64,000 nt of DNA, taken from Macrostomum lignano (taxonomy: Eukaryota). Under the pieces are notes generated by a model that was given only the letters and a program-made list of their open reading frames with translations, was not told where the DNA came from and did not search any database. A program made the position numbers and the translations under genes. The DNA is taken from assembly GCA_002269645.1 (NCBI GenBank), contig NIVC01001396.1, positions 186,001-250,000 on the forward strand, given 5' to 3'. The stretch's first letter is position 1. Each line of letters starts with the position of its first letter. This document shows positions 26,915 to 42,400 of this stretch, piece after piece.

Positions 26915-26952
26915 GGCCTGACGAAGAGCCCAGAGGCTCGAAACCGGTAGCC
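26915..26952 (+). ncRNA. Minimal type I hammerhead ribozyme in the PLE 3' region
   Basis: GGC-CTGACGA-A-GAGCC(CAGA)GGCTC-GAAA-CCGG-TA^GCC. It has the conserved core CUGANGA/GAAA, stem II GAGCC/GGCTC, stem I GGC/GCC and a palindromic stem III ACCGGT. The GUA cleavage triplet predicts a cut after 26949. Confidence 0.85.
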
Positions 26953-26999
26953 CATATTAAATTAATTAAGTCTTTTGATTTTTTTAAACACGCCGTGAC

Positions 27000-27053
27000 C
27001 TCTCTTCTCTCTCTCTCTACCTCCCTCTCTCTCTCTTTCTCTCTCTCCCTCCC

Positions 27054-27104
<51 letters not shown>

Positions 27105-27118
27105 CTCTCTCTTTCTCT
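27000..27118. repeat. (CT)n-rich microsatellite, start of duplicated block copy 2
   Basis: Matches 22970-23080. Confidence 0.95.
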
Positions 27119-27434
27119 AAAATTGATTATCAACATGACAGCAGCCCCCGTCTTTGACTTAGACTACTCAGACCTCCCTTGTTGAGCTGCACGGAAGAAT
27201 GAGAGGGGGGGGTCGTGAACATTCTGAAGGAAACTTATCACTAGCCTTTCATTGCTGAATCATATCTGCATGACTGGCGTCAGCTGCGTTTGCAATCAAC
27301 AAAGGTTTTTATTACCCCCTCCCCTAATAAACTAGCTAGTAGTAATAACTAGGCTTTTCTTTGACAAGGGACAATGGAGCTCATTATAAAAATGACAGAC
27401 AGAACGAAAGATATTGTTGCAATACTCGGTGTGC

Positions 27435-30400
27435 GACTGTAGTTGAGACACTGATCATGTGAGACTGACTGTAGGTGAGGCACTGATCATGTGAGACTGT
27501 GGGTGAGACACTGATCATGTGAGACTGTAGGTGAGACACTGATCATGTGAGACTGACTGTAGGTGAGGCACTGATCATGTGAAACTGACTGTAGGTGAGG
27601 CACTGATCATGTGAGACTGTGGGTGAGACACTGATCATGTGAGACTGACTGTAGGTGGGACACTGATCATGTGAGACTGTGGGTGAGACACTGATCATGT
27701 GAGACTGACTGTAGGTGAGACACTGATCATGTGAGACTGACTGTAGGTGAGACACTGATCATGTGAGACTGTAGGTGAGACACTGATCATGTGAAACTGA
27801 CTGTAGGTGAGACACTGATCATGTGAGACTGTGGGTGAGACACTGATCATGTGAGACTGTAGGTGAGACACTGATCATGTGAGACTGTAGTGAGACACTG
27901 ATCATGGGAGACTGTAGGTGAGACACTGATCATGTGAGACTGTAGGTGAGACACTGATCATGTGAGACTGACTGTAGGTGAGGCACTGATCATGTGAAAC
28001 TGACTGTAGGTGGGACACTGATCATGTGAGACTGTGGGTGAGACACTGATCATGTGAGACTGTGGGTGAGACACTGATCATGTGAGACTGACTGTAGGTG
28101 AGGCACTGATCATGTGAGACTGACTGTAGGTGAGACACTGATCATGTGAGACTGTAGGTGAGGCACTGATCATGTGAGACTGACTGTAGGTGAGGCACTG
28201 ATCATGTGAGACTGACTGTAGGTGAGGCACTGATCATGTGAGACTGTAGGTGAGACACTGATCATGTGAGACTGTGGGTAAGACACTGATCATGTGAGAC
28301 TGACTGTAGGTGAGGCACTGATCATGTGAGACTGACTGTAGGTGAGGCACTGATCATGTGAGACTGACTGTAGGTGAGACACTGATCATGTGAGACTGTA
28401 GGTGAGACACTGATCATGTGAGACTGTAGGTGAGACACTGATCATGTGAAACTGACTGTAGGTGAGGCACTGATCATGTGAGACTGTGGGTGAGACACTG
28501 ATCATGTGAGACTGACTGTAGGTGAGGCACTGATCATGTGAGACTGTAGGTGAGACACTGATCATGTGAGACTGTGGGTAAGACACTGATCATGTGAGAC
28601 TGACTGTAGGTGAGGCACTGATCATGTGAGACTGACTGTAGGTGAGGCACTGATCATGTGAGACTGACTGTAGGTGAGACACTGATCATGTGAGACTGAC
28701 TGTATGTGAGACACTGATCATGTGAGACTGACTGTAGGTGAGACACTGATCATGTGAGACTGTGGGTGAGACACTGATCATGTGAGACTGTGGGTGAGAC
28801 ACTGATCATGTGAAACTGACTGTAGGTGAGACACTGATCATGTGAGACTGTGGGTGAGACACTGATCATGTGAGACTGTAGGTGAGACACTGATCATGGG
28901 AGACTGTAGGTGAGACACTGATCATGTGAGACTGTAGGTGAGACACTGATCATGTGAGACTGACTGTAGGTGAGGCACTGATCATGTGAAACTGACTGTA
29001 GGTGGGACACTGATCATGTGAGACTGTGGGTGAGACACTGATCATGTGAGACTGTGGGTGAGACACTGATCATGTGAGACTGACTGTAGGTGAGGCACTG
29101 ATCATGTGAGACTGACTGTAGGTGAGACACTGATCATGTGAGACTGTAGGTGAGGCACTGATCATGTGAGACTGACTGTAGGTGAGGCACTGATCATGTG
29201 AGACTGACTGTAGGTGAGGCACTGATCATGTGAGACTGACTGTAGGTGAGGCACTGATCATGTGAGACTGACTGTAGGTGAGGCACTGATCATGTGAGAC
29301 TGTAGGTGAGGCACTGATCATGTGAGACTGACTGTAGGTGAGGCACTGATCATGTGAGACTGTGGGTGAGACACTGATCATGTGAGACTGTAGGTGAGAC
29401 ACTGATCATGTGAAACTGACTGTAGGTGAGGCACTGATCATGTGAGACTGTGGGTGAGACACTGATCATGTGAGACTGACTGTAGGTGAGGCACTGATCA
29501 TGTGAGACTGTGGGTGAGACACTGATCATGTGAGACTGACTGTAGGTGAGGCACTGATCATGTGAGACTGACTGTAGGTGAGGCACTGATCATGTGAGAC
29601 TGACTGTAGGTGAGGCACTGATCATGTGAGACTGACTGTAGGTGAGGCACTGATCATGTGAGACTGACTGTAGGTGAGGCACTGATCATGTGAGACTGAC
29701 TGTAGGTGAGGCACTGATCATGTGAGACTGTGGGTGAGACACTGATCATGTGAGACTGTAGGTGAGACACTGATCATGTGAGACTGTGGGTGAGACACTG
29801 ATCATGTGAGACTGTGGGTGAGACACTGATCATGTGAGACTGACTGTAGGTGAGGCACTGATCATGTGAGACTGTGGGTGAGACACTGATCATGTGAGAC
29901 TGACTGTAGGTGAGGCACTGATCATGTGAGACTGTAGTTGAGACACTGATCATGTGAGACTGTGGGTGAGACACTGATCATGTGAGACTGTGGGTGAGGC
30001 ACTGATCATGTGAGACTGTGGGTGAGACACTGATCATGTGAGACTGTGGGTGAGACACTGATCATGTGAGACTGTGGGTGAGGCACTGATCATGTGAGAC
30101 TGTGGGTGAGACACTGATCATGTGAGACTGTAGGTGAGACACTGATCATGTGAGACTGACTGTAGGTGAGGCACTGATCATGTGAGACTGACTGTAGGTG
30201 AGGCACTGATCATGTGAGACTGTAGGTGAGACACTGATCATGTGAGACTGTAGATGAGACACTGATCATGTGAGACTGTGGGTGAGACACTGATCATGTG
30301 AGACTGTAGGTGAGACACTGATCATGTGAGACTGTAGGTGAGACACTGATCATGTGAGACTGTAGGTGAGACACTGATCATGTGAGACTGTGGGTGAGAC

Positions 30401-33400
30401 ACTGATCATGTGAGACTGACTGTAGGTGAGACACTGATCATGTGAGACTGACTGTAGGTGAGACACTGATCATGTGAGACTGTAGGTGAGACACTGATCA
30501 TGTGAAACTGACTGTAGGTGAGACACTGATCATGTGAGACTGTGGGTGAGACACTGATCATGTGAGACTGACTGTAGGTGAGGCACTGATCATGTGAGAC
30601 TGTAGGTGAGACACTGATCATGTGAGACTGTGGGTGAGACACTGATCATGTGAGACTGACTGTAGGTGAGGCACTGATCATGTGAGACTGACTGTAGGTG
30701 AGGCACTGATCATGTGAAACTGACTGTAGGTGAGGCACTGATCATGTGAGACTGTGGGTGAGACACTGATCATGTGAGACTGACTGTAGGTGGGACACTG
30801 ATCATGTGAAACTGACTGTAGGTGAGGCACTGATCATGTGAGACTGTGGGTGAGACACTGATCATGTGAGACTGACTGTAGGTGGGACACTGATCATGTG
30901 AGACTGTGGTGAGACACTGATCATGTGAGACTGACTGTAGGTGAGACACTGATCATGTGAGACTGACTGTAGGTGAGACACTGATCATGTGAGACTGTAG
31001 GTGAGACACTGATCATGTGAACTGACTGTAGGTGAGACACTGATCATGTGAGACTGTGGGTGAGACACTGATCATGTGAGACTGTAGGTGAGACACTGAT
31101 CATGTGAGACTGACTGTAGGTGAGACACTGATCATGTGAACTGACTGTAGGTGAGACACTGATCATGTGAGACTGTGGGTGAGACACTGATCATGTGAGA
31201 CTGACTGTAGGTGAGACACTGATCATGTGAGACTGTGGGTGAGACACTGATCATGTGAGACTGACTGTAGGTGAGACACTGATCATGTGAGACTGACTGT
31301 AGGTGAGACACTGATCATGTGAGACTGTAGGTGAGACACTGATCATGTGAGACTGTAGGTGAGACACTGATCATGTGAGACTGTGGTGAGACACTGATCA
31401 TGTGAGACTGTAGGTGAGACACTGATCATGTGAGACTGTAGGTGAGACACTGATCATGTGAGACTGTAGGTGAGACACTGATCATGTGAGACTGTAGGTG
31501 AGACACTGATCATGTGAGACTGACTGTAGGTGAGGCACTGATCATGTGAACTGACTGTAGGTGGACACTGATCATGTGAGACTGTGGGTGAGACACTGAT
31601 CATGTGAGACTGTGGGTGAGACACTGATCATGTGAGACTGACTGTAGGTGAGGCACTGATCATGTGAGACTGACTGTAGGTGAGACACTGATCATGTGAG
31701 ACTGTAGGTGAGACTGATCATGTGAGACTGACTGTAGGTGAGGCACTGATCATGTGAGACTGACTGTAGGTGAGGCACTGATCATGTGAGACTGTAGGTG
31801 AGACACTGATCATGTGAGACTGTGGGTGAGACACTGATCATGTGAGACTGACTGTAGGTGAGGCACTGATCATGTGAGACTGACTGTAGGTGAGGCACTG
31901 ATCATGTGAGACTGACTGTAGGTGAGACACTGATCATGTGAGACTGTAGGTGAGACACTGATCATGTGAGACTGTAGGTGAGACACTGATCATGTGAGAC
32001 TGACTGTAGGTGAGGCACTGATCATGTGAGACTGTGGGTGAGACACTGATCATGTGAGACTGACTGTAGGTGAGCACTGATCATGTGAGACTGTAGGTGA
32101 GACACTGATCATGTGAGACTGTGGGTGAGACACTGATCATGTGAGACTGACTGTAGGTGAGGCACTGATCATGTGAGACTGACTGTAGGTGAGACACTGA
32201 TCATGTGAGACTGACTGTAGGTGAGACACTGATCATGTGAGACTGACTGTATGAGACACTGATCATGTGAGACTGACTGTAGGTGAGACACTGATCATGT
32301 GAGACTGTGGGTGAGACACTGATCATGTGAGACTGTGGGTGAGACACTGATCATGTGAGACTGTAGGTGAGACACTGATCATGTGAGACTGTAGGTGAGA
32401 CACTGATCATGTGAGACTGTAGGTGAGACACTGATCATGTGAGACTGTAGGTGAGACACTGATCATGTGAGACTGTAGGTGAGACACTGATCATGTGAGA
32501 CTGACTGTAGGTGAGGCACTGATCATGTGAGACTGTAGGTGAGACACTGATCATGTGAGACTGTGGGTGAGACACTGATCATGTGAGACTGTGGGTGAGA
32601 CACTGATCATGTGAGACTGACTGTAGGTGAGGCACTGATCATGTGAGACTGACTGTAGGTGAGACACTGATCATGTGAGACTGTAGGTGAGGCACTGATC
32701 ATGTGAGACTGACTGTAGGTGAGGCACTGATCATGTGAGACTGACTGTAGGTGAGGCACTGATCATGTGAGACTGACTGTAGGTGAGGCACTGATCATGT
32801 GAGACTGACTGTAGGTGAGGCACTGATCATGTGAGACTGACTGTAGGTGAGGCACTGATCATGTGAGACTGTGGGTGAGACACTGATCATGTGAGACTGA
32901 CTGTAGGTGAGACACTGATCATGTGAGACTGTAGGTGAGACACTGATCATGTGAGACTGTGGGTGAGACACTGATCATGTGAGACTGACTGTAGGTGAGA
33001 CACTGATCATGTGAGACTGTGGGTGAGACACTGATCATGTGAGACTGACTGTAGGTGAGACACTGATCATGTGAGACTGACTGTAGGTGAGACACTGATC
33101 ATGTGAGACTGTAGGTGAGACACTGATCATGTGAGACTGACTGTAGGTGAGACACTGATCATGTGAGACTGTGGGTGAGACACTGATCATGTGAGACTGT
33201 AGGTGAGACACTGATCATGTGAGACTGACTGTAGGTGAGACACTGATCATGTGAGACTGTAGGTGAGACACTGATCATGTGAGACTGTGGGTGAGACACT
33301 GATCATGTGAGACTGACTGTAGGTGAGACACTGATCATGTGAGACTGTGGGTGAGACACTGATCATGTGAGACTGTAGGTGAGACACTGATCATGTGAGA

Positions 33401-36400
33401 CTGACTGTAGGTGAGACACTGATCATGTGAGACTGTAGGTGAGACACTGATCATGTGAGACTGTAGGTGAGACACTGATCATGTGAGACTGTAGGTGAGA
33501 CACTGATCATGTGAGACTGTAGGTGAGACACTGATCATGTGAGACTGTAGGTGAGACACTGATCATGTGAGACTGTAGGTGAGACACTGATCATGTGAGA
33601 CTGTAGGTGAGACACTGATCATGTGAGACTGACTGTAGGTGAGACACTGATCATGTGAGACTGTAGGTGAGACACTGATCATGTGAGACTGTGGGTGAGA
33701 CACTGATCATGTGAGACTGTGGGTGAGACACTGATCATGTGAGACTGACTGTAGGTGAGGCACTGATCATGTGAGACTGACTGTAGGTGAGACACTGATC
33801 ATGTGAGACTGTAGGTGAGGCACTGATCATGTGAGACTGACTGTAGGTGAGGCACTGATCATGTGAGACTGACTGTGGGTGAGACACTGATCATGTGAGA
33901 CTGTGTAGGTGAGACACTGATCATGTGAGACTGACTGTAGGTGAGACACTGATCATGTGAGACTGACTGTAGGTGAGGCACTGATCATGTGAGACTGACT
34001 GTAGGTGAGACACTGATCATGTGAGACTGACTGTAGGTGAGACACTGATCATGTGAGACTGTAGGTGAGACACTGATCATGTGAGACTGTAGGTGAGACA
34101 CTGATCATGTGAGACTGACTGTAGGTGAGGCACTGATCATGTGAGACTGTGGGTGAGACACTGATCATGTGAGACTGACTGTAGGTGAGACACTGATCAT
34201 GTGAGACTGTGTAGGTGAGACACTGATCATGTGAGACTGACTGTAGGTGAGACACTGATCATGTGAGACTGACTGTAGGTGAGACACTGATCATGTGAGA
34301 CTGACTGTAGGTGAGACACTGATCATGTGAGACTGACTGTAGGTGAGACACTGATCATGTGAGACTGACTGTAGGTGAGACACTGATCATGTGAGACTGA
34401 CTGTAGGTGAGACACTGATCATGTGAGACTGTGGGTGAGACACTGATCATGTGAGACTGTAGGTGAGACACTGATCATGTGAGACTGTAGGTGAGACACT
34501 GATCATGTGAGACTGTAGGTGAGACACTGATCATGTGAGACTGTAGGTGAGACACTGATCATGTGAGACTGTAGGTGAGACACTGATCATGTGAGACTGT
34601 AGGTGAGACACTGATCATGTGAGACTGACTGTAGGTGAGACACTGATCATGTGAGACTGACTGTAGGTGAGACACTGATCATGTGAGACTGTGGGTGAGA
34701 CACTGATCATGTGAGACTGTGGTGAGACACTGATCATGTGAGACTGACTGTAGGTGAGGCACTGATCATGTGAGACTGACTGTAGGTGAGACACTGATCA
34801 TGTGAGACTGACTGTAGGTGAGGCACTGATCATGTGAGACTGACTGTAGGTGAGGCACTGATCATGTGAGACTGACTGTAGGTGAGGCACTGATCATGTG
34901 AGACTGACTGTAGGTGAGGCACTGATCATGTGAGACTGTGTAGGTGAGACACTGATCATGTGAGACTGTAGGTGAGACACTGATCATGTGAGACTGACTG
35001 TAGGTGAGACACTGATCATGTGAGACTGTGGTGAGACACTGATCATGTGAGACTGTAGGTGAGACTGATCATGTGAGACTGTAGGTGAGACACTGATCAT
35101 GTGAGACTGACTGTAGGTGAGACACTGATCATGTGAGACTGACTGTAGGTGAGGCACTGATCATGTGAGACTGACTGTAGGTGAGGCACTGATCATGTGA
35201 GACTGACTGTAGGTGAGGCACTGATCATGTGAGACTGACTGTAGGTGAGGCACTGATCATGTGAGACTGACTGTAGGTGAGGCACTGATCATGTGAGACT
35301 GACTGTAGGTGAGACACTGATCATGTGAGACTGTGGGTGAGACACTGATCATGTGAGACTGTGGGTGAGACACTGATCATGTGAGACTGTGGTGAGACAC
35401 TGATCATGTGAGACTGTAGGTGAGACACTGATCATGTGAGACTGTGGGTGAGACACTGATCATGTGAGACTGTGGGTGAGACACTGATCATGTGAGACTG
35501 ACTGTAGGTGAGACACTGATCATGTGAGACTGTGGGTGAGACACTGATCATGTGAGACTGTGGGTGAGACACTGATCATGTGAGACTGTGGGTGAGACAC
35601 TGATCATGTGAGACTGTGGGTGAGACACTGATCATGTGAGACTGTGGGTGAGACACTGATCATGTGAGACTGTGGTGAGACACTGATCATGTGAGACTGT
35701 GGGTGAGACACTGATCATGTGAGACTGTGGGTGAGGCACTGATCATGTGAGACTGTGGGTGAGACACTGATCATGTGAGACTGTAGGTGAGACACTGATC
35801 ATGTGAGACTGTAGGTGAGACACTGATCATGTGAGACTGTAGGTGAGACACTGATCATGTGAGACTGTAGGTGAGACACTGATCATGTGAGACTGTAGGT
35901 GAGACACTGATCATGTGAGACTGTAGGTGAGACACTGATCATGTGAGACTGTAGGTGAGACACTGATCATGTGAGACTGTGGTGAGACACTGATCATGTG
36001 AGACTGTAGGTGAGACACTGATCATGTGAGACTGTGGGTGAGACACTGATCATGTGAGACTGTGGTGAGACACTGATCATGTGAGACTGACTGTAGGTGA
36101 GGCACTGATCATGTGAGACTGACTGTAGGTGAGACTGATCATGTGAGACTGACTGTAGGTGAGACACTGATCATGTGAGACTGACTGTAGGTGAGACACT
36201 GATCATGTGAGACTGACTGTAGGTGAGACACTGATCATGTGAGACTGACTGTAGGTGAGACACTGATCATGTGAGACTGACTGTAGGTGAGACACTGATC
36301 ATGTGAGACTGTGGGTGAGACACTGATCATGTGAGACTGACTGTAGGTGAGACACTGATCATGTGAGACTGTGGGTGAGACACTGATCATGTGAGACTGT

Positions 36401-39400
36401 GGTGAGACACTGATCATGTGAGACTGTAGGTGAGACACTGATCATGTGAGACTGTAGGTGAGACACTGATCATGTGAGACTGTAGGTGAGACACTGATCA
36501 TGTGAGACTGTAGGTGAGACACTGATCATGTGAGACTGTAGGTGAGACACTGATCATGTGAGACTGTGTAGGTGAGACACTGATCATGTGAGACTGACTG
36601 AGGTGAGACACTGATCATGTGAGACTGACTGTAGGTGAGACACTGATCATGTGAGACTGTGGGTGAGACACTGATCATGTGAGACTGACTGTAGGTGAGG
36701 CACTGATCATGTGAGACTGACTGTAGGTGAGACACTGATCATGTGAGACTGACTGTAGGTGAGGCACTGATCATGTGAGACTGACTGTAGGTGAGGCACT
36801 GATCATGTGAGACTGACTGTAGGTGAGGCACTGATCATGTGAGACTGACTGTAGGTGAGGCACTGATCATGTGAGACTGACTGTAGGTGAGACACTGATC
36901 ATGTGAGACTGTAGGTGAGACACTGATCATGTGAGACTGTAGGTGAGACACTGATCATGTGAGACTGACTGGGTGAGACACTGATCATGTGAGACTGTAG
37001 GTGAGACACTGATCATGTGAGACTGTAGGTGAGACACTGATCATGTGAGACTGTAGGTGAGACACTGATCATGTGAGACTGTGTAGGTGAGACACTGATC
37101 ATGTGAGACTGACTGTAGGTGAGGCACTGATCATGTGAGACTGACTGTAGGTGAGGCACTGATCATGTGAGACTGACTGTAGGTGAGGCACTGATCATGT
37201 GAGACTGACTGTAGGTGAGGCACTGATCATGTGAGACTGACTGTAGGTGAGGCACTGATCATGTGAGACTGACTGTAGGTGAGGCACTGATCATGTGAGA
37301 CTGACTGTAGGTGAGGCACTGATCATGTGAGACTGTGGTGAGACACTGATCATGTGAGACTGACTGTAGGTGAGACACTGATCATGTGAGACTGACTGGG
37401 TGAGACACTGATCATGTGAGACTGTGGTGAGACACTGATCATGTGAGACTGACTGGGTGAGACACTGATCATGTGAGACTGTAGGTGAGACACTGATCAT
37501 GTGAGACTGTGTAGGTGAGACACTGATCATGTGAGACTGTGGTGAGACACTGATCATGTGAGACTGTGGGTGAGACACTGATCATGTGAGACTGTGGTGA
37601 GACACTGATCATGTGAGACTGTGGGTGAGACACTGATCATGTGAGACTGTGGTGAGACACTGATCATGTGAGACTGTGGGTGAGACACTGATCATGTGAG
37701 ACTGTGGTGAGACACTGATCATGTGAGACTGTGGGTGAGACACTGATCATGTGAGACTGTGGGTGAGGCACTGATCATGTGAGACTGTAGGTGAGACACT
37801 GATCATGTGAGACTGTAGGTGAGACACTGATCATGTGAGACTGTAGGTGAGACACTGATCATGTGAGACTGTAGGTGAGACACTGATCATGTGAGACTGT
37901 AGGTGAGACACTGATCATGTGAGACTGTAGGTGAGACACTGATCATGTGAGACTGTAGGTGAGACACTGATCATGTGAGACTGTGGTGAGACACTGATCA
38001 TGTGAGACTGTGGTGAGACACTGATCATGTGAGACTGACTGGGTGAGACACTGATCATGTGAGACTGTGGGTGAGACACTGATCATGTGAGACTGTGTAG
38101 GTGAGGCACTGATCATGTGAGACTGTGGGTGAGACACTGATCATGTGAGACTGTGGGTGAGACACTGATCATGTGAGACTGTGGGTGAGACACTGATCAT
38201 GTGAGACTGTGGGTGAGACACTGATCATGTGAGACTGTGGGTGAGGCACTGATCATGTGAGACTGTGGGTGAGACACTGATCATGTGAGACTGTAGGTGA
38301 GACACTGATCATGTGAGACTGACTGTAGGTGAGGCACTGATCATGTGAGACTGTAGGTGAGACACTGATCATGTGAGACTGTGGGTGAGACACTGATCAT
38401 GTGAGACTGACTGTAGGTGAGACACTGATCATGTGAGACTGACTGTAGGTGAGACACTGATCATGTGAGACTGACTGTAGGTGAGGCACTGATCATGTGA
38501 GACTGACTGTAGGTGAGGCACTGATCATGTGAGACTGACTGTAGGTGAGACACTGATCATGTGAGACTGTGTAGGTGAGACACTGATCATGTGAGACTGT
38601 GGGTGAGACACTGATCATGTGAGACTGTGGTGAGACACTGATCATGTGAGACTGTGGGTGAGACACTGATCATGTGAGACTGTGGTGAGACACTGATCAT
38701 GTGAGACTGTGGTGAGACACTGATCATGTGAGACTGTGGTGAGACACTGATCATGTGAGACTGTGGTGAGACACTGATCATGTGAGACTGTGGTGAGACA
38801 CTGATCATGTGAGACTGTGGGTGAGACACTGATCATGTGAGACTGTGTAGGTGAGACACTGATCATGTGAGACTGTAGGTGAGACACTGATCATGTGAGA
38901 CTGTGGGTGAGACACTGATCATGTGAGACTGTGGGTGAGACACTGATCATGTGAGACTGTAGGTGAGACACTGATCATGTGAGACTGTGGGTGAGACACT
39001 GATCATGTGAGACTGTGGGTGAGACACTGATCATGTGAGACTGACTGTAGGTGAGACACTGATCATGTGAGACTGACTGTAGGTGAGGCACTGATCATGT
39101 GAGACTGACTGTAGGTGAGGCACTGATCATGTGAGACTGACTGTAGGTGAGACACTGATCATGTGAGACTGACTGTAGGTGAGACACTGATCATGTGAGA
39201 CTGACTGTAGGTGAGACACTGATCATGTGAGACTGACTGTAGGTGAGACACTGATCATGTGAGACTGACTGTAGGTGAGACACTGATCATGTGAGACTGA
39301 CTGTAGGTGAGACACTGATCATGTGAGACTGACTGTAGGTGAGACACTGATCATGTGAGACTGACTGGGTGAGACACTGATCATGTGAGACTGACTGAGG

Positions 39401-42400
39401 TGAGACACTGATCATGTGAGACTGACTGAGGTGAGACACTGATCATGTGAGACTGACTGTAGGTGAGGCACTGATCATGTGAGACTGACTGTAGGTGAGG
39501 CACTGATCATGTGAGACTGACTGTAGGTGAGGCACTGATCATGTGAGACTGACTGTAGGTGAGGCACTGATCATGTGAGACTGACTGTAGGTGAGGCACT
39601 GATCATGTGAGACTGTGTAGGTGAGACACTGATCATGTGAGACTGTGGGTGAGACACTGATCATGTGAGACTGTGGGTGAGACACTGATCATGTGAGACT
39701 GTGGTGAGACACTGATCATGTGAGACTGTGGGTGAGACACTGATCATGTGAGACTGTGGGTGAGACACTGATCATGTGAGACTGTGGGTGAGACACTGAT
39801 CATGTGAGACTGTGGTGAGACACTGATCATGTGAGACTGTGGGTGAGACACTGATCATGTGAGACTGTGGGTGAGACACTGATCATGTGAGACTGTGGTG
39901 AGACACTGATCATGTGAGACTGTGGGTGAGACACTGATCATGTGAGACTGACTGTAGGTGAGGCACTGATCATGTGAGACTGACTGTAGGTGAGACACTG
40001 ATCATGTGAGACTGTAGGTGAGACACTGATCATGTGAGACTGTAGGTGAGACACTGATCATGTGAGACTGTAGGTGAGACACTGATCATGTGAGACTGTA
40101 GGTGAGACACTGATCATGTGAGACTGTAGGTGAGACACTGATCATGTGAGACTGTAGGTGAGACACTGATCATGTGAGACTGTAGGTGAGACACTGATCA
40201 TGTGAGACTGTGGGTGAGACACTGATCATGTGAGACTGTGGGTGAGACACTGATCATGTGAGACTGACTGTAGGTGAGGCACTGATCATGTGAGACTGTA
40301 GGTGAGACACTGATCATGTGAGACTGTAGGTGAGACACTGATCATGTGAGACTGTAGGTGAGACACTGATCATGTGAGACTGTAGGTGAGACACTGATCA
40401 TGTGAGACTGTAGGTGAGACACTGATCATGTGAGACTGTGGGTGAGACACTGATCATGTGAGACTGTGGGTGAGACACTGATCATGTGAGACTGACTGTA
40501 GGTGAGGCACTGATCATGTGAGACTGACTGTAGGTGAGGCACTGATCATGTGAGACTGTGGGTGAGACACTGATCATGTGAGACTGTGGGTGAGGCACTG
40601 ATCATGTGAGACTGTAGGTGAGACACTGATCATGTGAGACTGTAGGTGAGACACTGATCATGTGAGACTGTAGGTGAGGCACTGATCATGTGAGACTGAC
40701 TGTAGGTGAGGCACTGATCATGTGAGACTGACTGTAGGTGAGGCACTGATCATGTGAGACTGACTGTAGGTGAGGCACTGATCATGTGAGACTGACTGTA
40801 GGTGAGGCACTGATCATGTGAGACTGACTGTAGGTGAGGCACTGATCATGTGAGACTGACTGTAGGTGAGGCACTGATCATGTGAGACTGTGTAGGTGAG
40901 ACACTGATCATGTGAGACTGTGGGTGAGACACTGATCATGTGAGACTGTAGGTGAGACACTGATCATGTGAGACTGTGGGTGAGACACTGATCATGTGAG
41001 ACTGTGGGTGAGACACTGATCATGTGAGACTGACTGGGTGAGACACTGATCATGTGAGACTGACTGGGTGAGACACTGATCATGTGAGACTGACTGTAGG
41101 TGAGGCACTGATCATGTGAGACTGTGTAGGTGAGACACTGATCATGTGAGACTGTGGGTGAGACACTGATCATGTGAGACTGTGGGTGAGACACTGATCA
41201 TGTGAGACTGTGGGTGAGACACTGATCATGTGAGACTGTGGGTGAGACACTGATCATGTGAGACTGTGGGTGAGACACTGATCATGTGAGACTGTGGGTG
41301 AGACACTGATCATGTGAGACTGTGGGTGAGACACTGATCATGTGAGACTGTGGTGAGACACTGATCATGTGAGACTGTGGGTGAGACACTGATCATGTGA
41401 GACTGACTGTAGGTGAGACACTGATCATGTGAGACTGACTGTAGGTGAGACACTGATCATGTGAGACTGTAGGTGAGACACTGATCATGTGAGACTGTAG
41501 GTGAGACACTGATCATGTGAGACTGTAGGTGAGACACTGATCATGTGAGACTGTAGGTGAGACACTGATCATGTGAGACTGTAGGTGAGACACTGATCAT
41601 GTGAGACTGTGGTGAGACACTGATCATGTGAGACTGTGGGTGAGACACTGATCATGTGAGACTGTGGGTGAGACACTGATCATGTGAGACTGACTGTAGG
41701 TGAGACACTGATCATGTGAGACTGTAGGTGAGACACTGATCATGTGAGACTGTAGGTGAGACACTGATCATGTGAGACTGTAGGTGAGACACTGATCATG
41801 TGAGACTGTAGGTGAGACACTGATCATGTGAGACTGTAGGTGAGACACTGATCATGTGAGACTGTGGTGAGACACTGATCATGTGAGACTGTGTAGGTGA
41901 GACACTGATCATGTGAGACTGACTGTAGGTGAGGCACTGATCATGTGAGACTGTGGGTGAGGCACTGATCATGTGAGACTGTGGGTGAGACACTGATCAT
42001 GTGAGACTGTAGGTGAGACACTGATCATGTGAGACTGTAGGTGAGACACTGATCATGTGAGACTGTAGGTGAGACACTGATCATGTGAGACTGTAGGTGA
42101 GACACTGATCATGTGAGACTGTAGGTGAGACACTGATCATGTGAGACTGACTGTAGGTGAGGCACTGATCATGTGAGACTGACTGTAGGTGAGGCACTGA
42201 TCATGTGAGACTGACTGTAGGTGAGGCACTGATCATGTGAGACTGACTGTAGGTGAGGCACTGATCATGTGAGACTGACTGTAGGTGAGGCACTGATCAT
42301 GTGAGACTGACTGTAGGTGAGACACTGATCATGTGAGACTGACTGTAGGTGAGACACTGATCATGTGAGACTGTGTGGTGAGACACTGATCATGTGAGAC

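Larger units (their letters stand above)
24913..27000 (+). mobile_element. Penelope-like retroelement (Neptune-type), 5'-truncated
   Basis: RT + GIY-YIG ORF, AT-rich 3' region and a hammerhead motif. The 5' junction is with the satellite (GGGTGAG|TCTTTG) and the 3' junction is with the (CT)n tract. Confidence 0.93.

Noticed and set aside
31500-36200. Scattered single-base-deleted satellite units (e.g. GAGACTGATC, GTGAGCACT, GTGGACACT)
   Set aside because: Cannot be told apart from long-read consensus errors without the raw reads.
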